This document shows, piece after piece, positions 8,293-12,846 of a DNA stretch of 12,846 nucleotides. Position 1 is the stretch's first letter, and each line of letters begins with the position of its first letter. The position numbers and the translations under genes are program-made. The stretch is taken from UHGV virus genome UHGV-0823586, one strand, 5' to 3'. The stretch comes from a virus. Under the pieces are notes generated by a model. The model had not been told where the DNA came from. It did no database searches and saw only the letters and a program-made list of their open reading frames with translations.

Positions 8293-8730
8293 TTAACCAG
8301 TTACTTTTGAGCGGATCGGATACGGCGTATTGGCATCAACATCCAGACTGATACCCGCAGTGAATTTGCCGGCCGTTAGTGGGCCAGTTGCGACGGAGTA
8401 GTTAACACGCAGATATCGCTGAACACCGGCAGGCACCTTTGCAGAAACAACTCGTTTACCTGCTGTCAGGGTATCCTTTGCCAGTGCGCCACTATCATAA
8501 ATAGTGGACCATGAGCTGTTATTCTCACTCGTCTGCAACTGGATGTTTACAGTTTCCTCACCACTTGCCGTGGCGGCTTCGTTAACCAGCACCCAAAACT
8601 CAAGCGGATAACCCACGCCGATATCACGACGTTTTCCGTCAATTGGACCGAGATCGATTACGTCAGTAGAAGCCGCGGTATTCGTAACCGCCTGAGCTTC
8701 GGAGAACATCAACAGTTTGTCGGTGATCAT
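8293..8730 (-). CDS. Hypothetical Ser/Thr-rich, probably beta-rich protein, 145 aa; possible capsid decoration or head-associated protein
   Basis: ATG at 8728-8730 with GGAG 7 nt upstream. It lies immediately downstream of the capsid gene. The composition (TAG/TGP/SVATG repeats) suggests an Ig-like or decoration-type fold, but this is inference only. Confidence 0.5.
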   Translation of the reverse strand: MITDKLLMFSEAQAVTNTAASTDVIDLGPIDGKRRDIGVGYPLEFWVLVNEAATASGEETVNIQLQTSENNSSWSTIYDSGALAKDTLTAGKRVVSAKVPAGVQRYLRVNYSVATGPLTAGKFTAGISLDVDANTPYPIRSKVTG

Positions 8731-8745
8731 CTTCTTTCTCCATTA

Positions 8746-8765
8746 GTGGGTCTGTTACGACCCAC
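8746..8765 (-). promoter_or_regulatory. Intercistronic stem-loop (7-bp stem GTGGGTC/GACCCAC, 6-nt loop) between the capsid gene and the next gene; possible RNA processing or stabilising element
   Basis: Perfect inverted repeat 8746-8752 / 8759-8765 inside the 51-nt gap after the capsid stop. It has no U-tract, so it is not a canonical terminator. Confidence 0.4.
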
Positions 8766-8781
8766 AGGTTAATAACAGGCG

Positions 8782-9774
8782 TTACACCACGCGGGCTTCT
8801 GTTTCCAGAAGCGCATCAGTTTCACGGATTGGTACACCACGGAATGAAGTCCACCACTCGCCTTCTGTCTCTTTTACGCTGATCGCCAGAGATGTTTTCT
8901 CCAGAGATTGCAGATCAAGAGCCTGGCCTACAGTGCGGTTCATGTAGAACACCGGGCGACCCATGCCACGATTTGGAATGCGATGCAGTGCTTTAACCAT
9001 CAACTTCGCAATATCTGCGGCAGAGGAAGGTTCTGAAAGATTGCTGACATCGATGTTTGCAATGCGAACAACATAACGCCAGTCACGCAGAGCAAGTCCG
9101 TTGTCCCATTTGTAATGGGTACGGTAGCCTTCGTACTTGCCGCCATTCGCATCTTCCAGTGTCACCTGGCCTTTATCTTCCATCTGGATGCCAGCCTTCT
9201 GCCCTTTCGGGAAGATGCCATGCACGGTGTTTTCGCCCCACACCACTAACCAGATTGAGGTGTTATCTGTACCCGTGCCACCAGCATCAATGATGTTCTG
9301 AGCATTACCCGCAGACAGGCTGGAATAGCGGGAGGACAGTCCCATAAACTGCTGAGGGTTAACGCTGGAATCACCATAAAACAGTGTCTGCGCCATCTGC
9401 TGATTCATCGCTTCAATAAATGCGCGGTCTTCAGACAGGCGGAATTCGGCAGTATTACCGTTCAGATCAGCCAGTGACTTATCGACTTCAGCATAGGTTT
9501 CCAGCATGCCAACGTAATCGGTTACCTGCACTGTGGTTGATTTGCTTGGCTGTACGCCATAGTTCAGCAAACGCCAGGTAGCTGAAGGTAAACCAGAACG
9601 AATGGTGGTTCGGTGTCCGGTAGGAAGGTTCCCTTCGACAAAAGGCATATCCTGAAGGATCGGGTTTGTTTGACCGAGAAGCTCGATAATCTTATCGACT
9701 TTCCCGTTTGGATCGACGCGCTTACCCCAGTCAGCCAGCGTTAGCGCAGTTAAGCCTTTAACAGCCATTGTCAT
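8782..9774 (-). CDS. Major capsid protein (putative)
   Basis: The 330-aa ORF follows the scaffold-like gene and precedes a stem-loop, the classic scaffold-then-capsid arrangement. The true start may be the second ATG at 9766-9768, which has better spacing to GAGAGG. The call is by size and synteny; the sequence does not obviously resemble T7 gp10. Confidence 0.65.
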   Translation of the reverse strand: MTMAVKGLTALTLADWGKRVDPNGKVDKIIELLGQTNPILQDMPFVEGNLPTGHRTTIRSGLPSATWRLLNYGVQPSKSTTVQVTDYVGMLETYAEVDKSLADLNGNTAEFRLSEDRAFIEAMNQQMAQTLFYGDSSVNPQQFMGLSSRYSSLSAGNAQNIIDAGGTGTDNTSIWLVVWGENTVHGIFPKGQKAGIQMEDKGQVTLEDANGGKYEGYRTHYKWDNGLALRDWRYVVRIANIDVSNLSEPSSAADIAKLMVKALHRIPNRGMGRPVFYMNRTVGQALDLQSLEKTSLAISVKETEGEWWTSFRGVPIRETDALLETEARVV

Positions 9775-9782
9775 TTCCTCTC

Positions 9783-10478
9783 TTATTTGCCATAGAGCAC
9801 TTCGGCCGCACTACGCTGGCCTTCATTACCACCGGTGACCATGCCATCTTCAGACATCGCCTTTCCGATTCTCACGAACGTTTTGACCAGATCAGGGTGA
9901 TTACCCAGCCCGGTGGTGTTCAGATATTCTTTGAGTTCAGGTGTCCCGAACTGGTCAAGCGCACGCTGTGCGACGCTAAGGTTAGAAATCAACTTGCCGC
10001 CACCGATTTCTTTGTCAGCTTTTACATCCGCAGCCCACTGCTCGGTTGTTTTCTGCCAGGCTTCTGCCTGGCGCTGCTGAACACCTGCCAGAATCTTCGG
10101 ATAAGCATCAACCAGCTTTTGCGCTTGCTCGTTGGTCAGGTTAAGTTCTCGCGCCACCGGCTCGAATTCCTTCAACGCTTCTGTATCCAGCTCTACGCCT
10201 TCGGCAGCCTGAAACTCGTACTTCTCAGGCGCACCCTCTGGTTTATCGCCGTCCTTTTTTTCACCCTGCTTATCGTTTTCAGGCTTTTTGTCATCAGCAG
10301 GTTTATCGCCATCAGCAACAGGTTGTGGCTTATCACCTTCCGGTTGTGATGGATCACCAACTGGAGCAGGGTTATCACCTGCAGGCGCTGACGGTTCTGA
10401 CGCAGCCGGAGCTGCTCCACCATCGACTGGTTGCTCATTGCAAAGACGGCGATACAGCAAACGCTCAAATAAATTCAT
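9783..10478 (-). CDS. Scaffolding protein (putative), with a Pro/Asp/Lys/Glu-rich low-complexity N-terminal region and a helical C-terminal domain
   Basis: ATG at 10476-10478 with AGGAG 5 nt upstream; the ORF track starts at a GTG at 10484. It lies between the portal and capsid genes. The acidic low-complexity linker (PAPAASEPSAPAGDNPAPVGDPSQPEGDKPQP...) is typical of scaffold proteins. Confidence 0.55.
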   Translation of the reverse strand: MNLFERLLYRRLCNEQPVDGGAAPAASEPSAPAGDNPAPVGDPSQPEGDKPQPVADGDKPADDKKPENDKQGEKKDGDKPEGAPEKYEFQAAEGVELDTEALKEFEPVARELNLTNEQAQKLVDAYPKILAGVQQRQAEAWQKTTEQWAADVKADKEIGGGKLISNLSVAQRALDQFGTPELKEYLNTTGLGNHPDLVKTFVRIGKAMSEDGMVTGGNEGQRSAAEVLYGK

Positions 10479-10480
10479 GA

Positions 10481-10777
10481 TCACTCCTGTTCACTGGCCT
10501 CTTTGGCCATCTTCAAATACTGTTCAGGGCAATGCGCCATAACGCGCTGAAACAGTTCCAGCGCCAGATTGCGTTGCCCCTCATTAAATGCCATTGCCAT
10601 AGCGTCCATCGGTGAGATAGCGGAAAACACACGGCCTTTCTCCAGCACCGACCAGACAACGCGACGCCCCTGTTCACTGCTCATGACAAAGCAAATGTCA
10701 TCAATTTCACGCTGTGCCATGTCACGTTGCTTACGGGCGTTTTCTTCTTTCAGTTGATCGTCTTCGTAATCTGTCAT
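10481..10777 (-). CDS. Hypothetical small acidic protein, 98 aa, between portal and scaffold
   Basis: ATG at 10775-10777 overlaps the portal stop (ATGA). Charged and helical-looking. Function unknown. Confidence 0.5.
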   Translation of the reverse strand: MTDYEDDQLKEENARKQRDMAQREIDDICFVMSSEQGRRVVWSVLEKGRVFSAISPMDAMAMAFNEGQRNLALELFQRVMAHCPEQYLKMAKEASEQE

Positions 10778-12452
10778 TGTGATTGCCCACCCTGACCACT
10801 AACTGCATTCGCCATAGCTGACAAAACACTCGGATCCGAAGTTTTAGCTTCGCTTAGCGTCTTGGCACCCTGTGCCGCCGCCATCCCCATCGCCATCATT
10901 TGTTGCTGCTGTTGTTGCTGTGCCCGTTGCTGGCGAGCCTGCTCAACCTGTTCCTGCGGAACAATGACGGTTGGAGACACTCCGGACATATCAGCGAATG
11001 CATCGATCGCCTGATCAACGTTGAGTTTGTCGAGAGCTTCTGGTTTCGCTTGCGCAAGTTGACCAATGAAGTTGACCGTAGACGCCAGACTGGACAGGCC
11101 GATAGACTTCTGCGCCTGAGCCATGACGGAAATGTATTCGACCTTCAGGGGCATACCTTCCATCACGTCAGGCGGTGGCGGCAGCATGTTTTTACGCACC
11201 ATCATCGAGAAAGCGCGGTCAATGAGAGGATTAAGACATTCGTCGTTCAGACGCTCCAGAACCGGCCCAACATCAGAAGTTTTTCTTCTTTCATTTCGAT
11301 CACCGCTTCAACAGGCATCGAGCGGGTATTGATGTTCTGCAACATCATGAACAGATCGACAAAGTAGGCGCTGTTAATGATTTGACGGGTGTCCTGAATG
11401 TCTGCCACCAAATCTGCTGTACTGGGGTTAACCAGATAAGCAGGCCTGAAACCATCCTGACCAGTAATCAGATCGATATACGTGATGTCGCCAGGAAGAA
11501 GGGAGGCACGCTGATTCTTGAGGGAAGTCGGAGCAACCATCGGCGGATTGGTGGCTTTATCAATCAACTGCGACTTGCGCTTCTGGAGAAGCTGCAATGC
11601 CTTAACAGGTCCAAGCGCCAGCATACCCGGGCATGATGATCCATAAACATCTTCGCCGTTAACTTCCCAGCGCGGAGCCATAATTGGAAACTCATCGAAT
11701 CCGGACTCACGCAACAACTTGTCGTTATCGCCACCAACCTCGTAATAAACCGATTTGAATGGCTTGTTCTTGCTATCCAGCTTCGATGTATCGCGGTCAA
11801 TGTTCGGGTAAACCGAATGCATCACTTCAATCCACTTCTCGTAGGTTCCGCTTTCCCACATGCTTTTTACGGATTCGCTGACGTTATTTAGCCCGAACTC
11901 CTGAACAAGCTGACGAACAGTCATAGAGAACTTGCGAAAACAGGTGTCCACACTGCCACGAGGTGAGTTAGCCAGGTAGTAACTGCCTATCGGGAATGGC
12001 ATTGTGCGAATGATGTCCTCGTCATCCTCCAGCACTGCCATTGCACCAGTGCTGTATGTGCCGAGGCTTCCGTATAACTGCGGCAGCGACTGATAGAGAT
12101 TCGACTTATTGAACATATCGTTCATGCGGTTCTGCACCGCCTCAAGCCACAACTTAACAGGGCCATAATCCATCATTTCAGGATCTGGCGTAGCCAGGCG
12201 AAACCACGGACGCGCGGGGCTTGTGATGCCTGACATCATGCCGCTGGCGAGAGTGCGCGCCGCCATAGTCCCGGTCGAATCAATAATGCGTGTATTGCGT
12301 CGATCGTTACGGTTGACCTCAGAAGTCAGAAAGCGGGAACCACGCGGGTTGATGTAATCACTCAACTCGCGCCAGTGCGGCTCGAACGACTGACGCTCGC
12401 TTTCAAGTTGTGCGAACTGTTTGTTCAATCGCTCTTTAGTTGTTTCCGCCAT
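10774..12452 (-). pseudogene. Portal (head-to-tail connector) protein, T7 gp8-like, interrupted by a frameshift near 11280-11284
   Basis: Two adjacent ORFs (12452..11247, 401 aa; 11205..10774, 143 aa) belong to one gene. The downstream frame is open from 11307, and a single extra A in the A5 run (T5 on the plus strand, 11280-11284) joins them into one protein of about 545 aa. The C-terminal part (QQRAQQQQQQQMMAMGMAAAQG...) resembles the T7 gp8 C-terminus as I recall it. ATG at 12450-12452 with GGAG upstream. Confidence 0.8.
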
Positions 12453-12466
12453 TTCAATGACTCCGG

Positions 12467-12673
12467 TTACTGACCAAGCAGCGTTTTACCGCTGGTATTA
12501 GCAGTTGATGTGTCGCCCTGAGAACCGGTAAGCAGCGTAGAACTACGACCAGCAGCAGCGCGACGGCGACGAGTTTCTTCGTCGCGGGCATCAACAACGG
12601 CGGCATCCTGCTCCTGTGGTGCTGCCTGAACTTCTGGTGTTGCAGGCACTGATGGTGAGCTACCCATGCACAT
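12467..12673 (-). CDS. Hypothetical small protein, 68 aa, Ala/Arg-rich low complexity, immediately upstream of the portal gene
   Basis: ATG at 12671-12673 with GGAG 8 nt upstream. The spacer sequence is identical to the one in front of the portal gene. Preferred over the overlapping 79-aa ORF (12454..12693), which starts at TTG and has a His/Cys/Leu-rich, noncoding-like composition. Confidence 0.4.
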   Translation of the reverse strand: MCMGSSPSVPATPEVQAAPQEQDAAVVDARDEETRRRRAAAGRSSTLLTGSQGDTSTANTSGKTLLGQ

Positions 12674-12741
12674 ATCAATGACTCCGTACGCAATTAAATT
12701 ATTACCAATTTAACCACATATGATTTATTTATCGTAGACAG

Positions 12742-12805
12742 TTGACATTTAACGCGCGAATTATTACCTTTCAGGTAACCAAAGAGTTCATTCCGGTTAC
12801 TAACC
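12742..12805. promoter_or_regulatory. Putative control region upstream of the minus-strand operon: TTGACA hexamer (12742-12747, plus strand) and GGTNACC-type palindromes (GGTAACC 12774-12780; GGTTACTAACC 12795-12805)
   Basis: AT-rich noncoding region. The palindromes and hexamer were read directly from the sequence. Promoter direction and function are not established. Confidence 0.25.
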
Positions 12806-12846
12806 TGACTGGCTTGTCGTTAAATTGAACAGGTGGAGTGAGCTTT

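Noticed and set aside
8731-8784. Possible programmed frameshift or readthrough extending the capsid protein into the 145-aa gene, as with T7 gene 10A/10B
   Set aside because: The 145-aa ATG is in the capsid frame, but the 51-nt gap contains two in-frame stops beyond the capsid stop (TAA at 8757-8759 and 8742-8744) and no slippery site. The two are separate genes.
9768-10349. Plus-strand 193-aa ORF antisense to the scaffold gene
   Set aside because: Leu/Phe/Arg-rich composition typical of the reverse strand of an acidic gene, with no translation signals. Probably spurious.
12454-12693. Alternative 79-aa ORF overlapping the 68-aa gene in another frame
   Set aside because: It starts at TTG without a Shine-Dalgarno sequence and has a His/Cys/Leu-rich composition. 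The 68-aa frame has an ATG with GGAG 8 nt upstream.
12742-12777. Plus-strand sigma70-like promoter (TTGACA, 17-nt spacer, TACCTT) pointing rightwards out of the window
   Set aside because: The -10 match is weak and it points away from all annotated genes. It is kept only as part of the upstream control region and not called as a promoter.
1-12846. CRISPR arrays, tRNA/rRNA genes, insertion sequences, integrase or recombinase, toxin-antitoxin pairs, and defence-system enzymes (nuclease, ATPase, reverse transcriptase, methyltransferase)
   Set aside because: No direct-repeat/spacer structure and no cloverleaf-like segments were seen. The few noncoding gaps are under 160 bp. No P-loop, HNH, PD-(D/E)xK or reverse-transcriptase motifs were recognised in any translation. 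The window reads as an ordinary virion assembly module.

Overview
Most of this 12.8 kb window is a podovirus-type (T7-supergroup-like) virion morphogenesis operon on the minus strand, read right to left, with no defence system, CRISPR array, tRNA, integrase or transposase that I can recognise. The operon order is: a 68-aa ORF, a portal gene broken by a 1-nt frameshift, a 98-aa ORF, scaffold-like protein, major capsid protein, three small ORFs, tail tubular proteins A and B, two internal-virion-like proteins, and a protein with a C-terminal lytic transglycosylase domain. Most junctions are start/stop overlaps (TGATG, TAATG, ATGA), which indicates translational coupling. An intrinsic terminator hairpin separates the head gene block from the tail gene block, and a second stem-loop sits just after the capsid gene. 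At the left end two coupled plus-strand genes of unknown function (499 aa and 278 aa) converge on the operon, and their 3' end overlaps the transglycosylase gene by 69 bp. The items most worth follow-up are the frameshifted portal, the convergent unknown gene pair (the 278-aa protein has glycine-zipper-like hydrophobic segments) and the three small genes inserted between capsid and tail tubular A. All homology statements are from reading the translations and from memory of T7 proteins; no database search was run. GC content of about 45-50% and the codon usage are compatible with an enterobacterial host but do not prove it.
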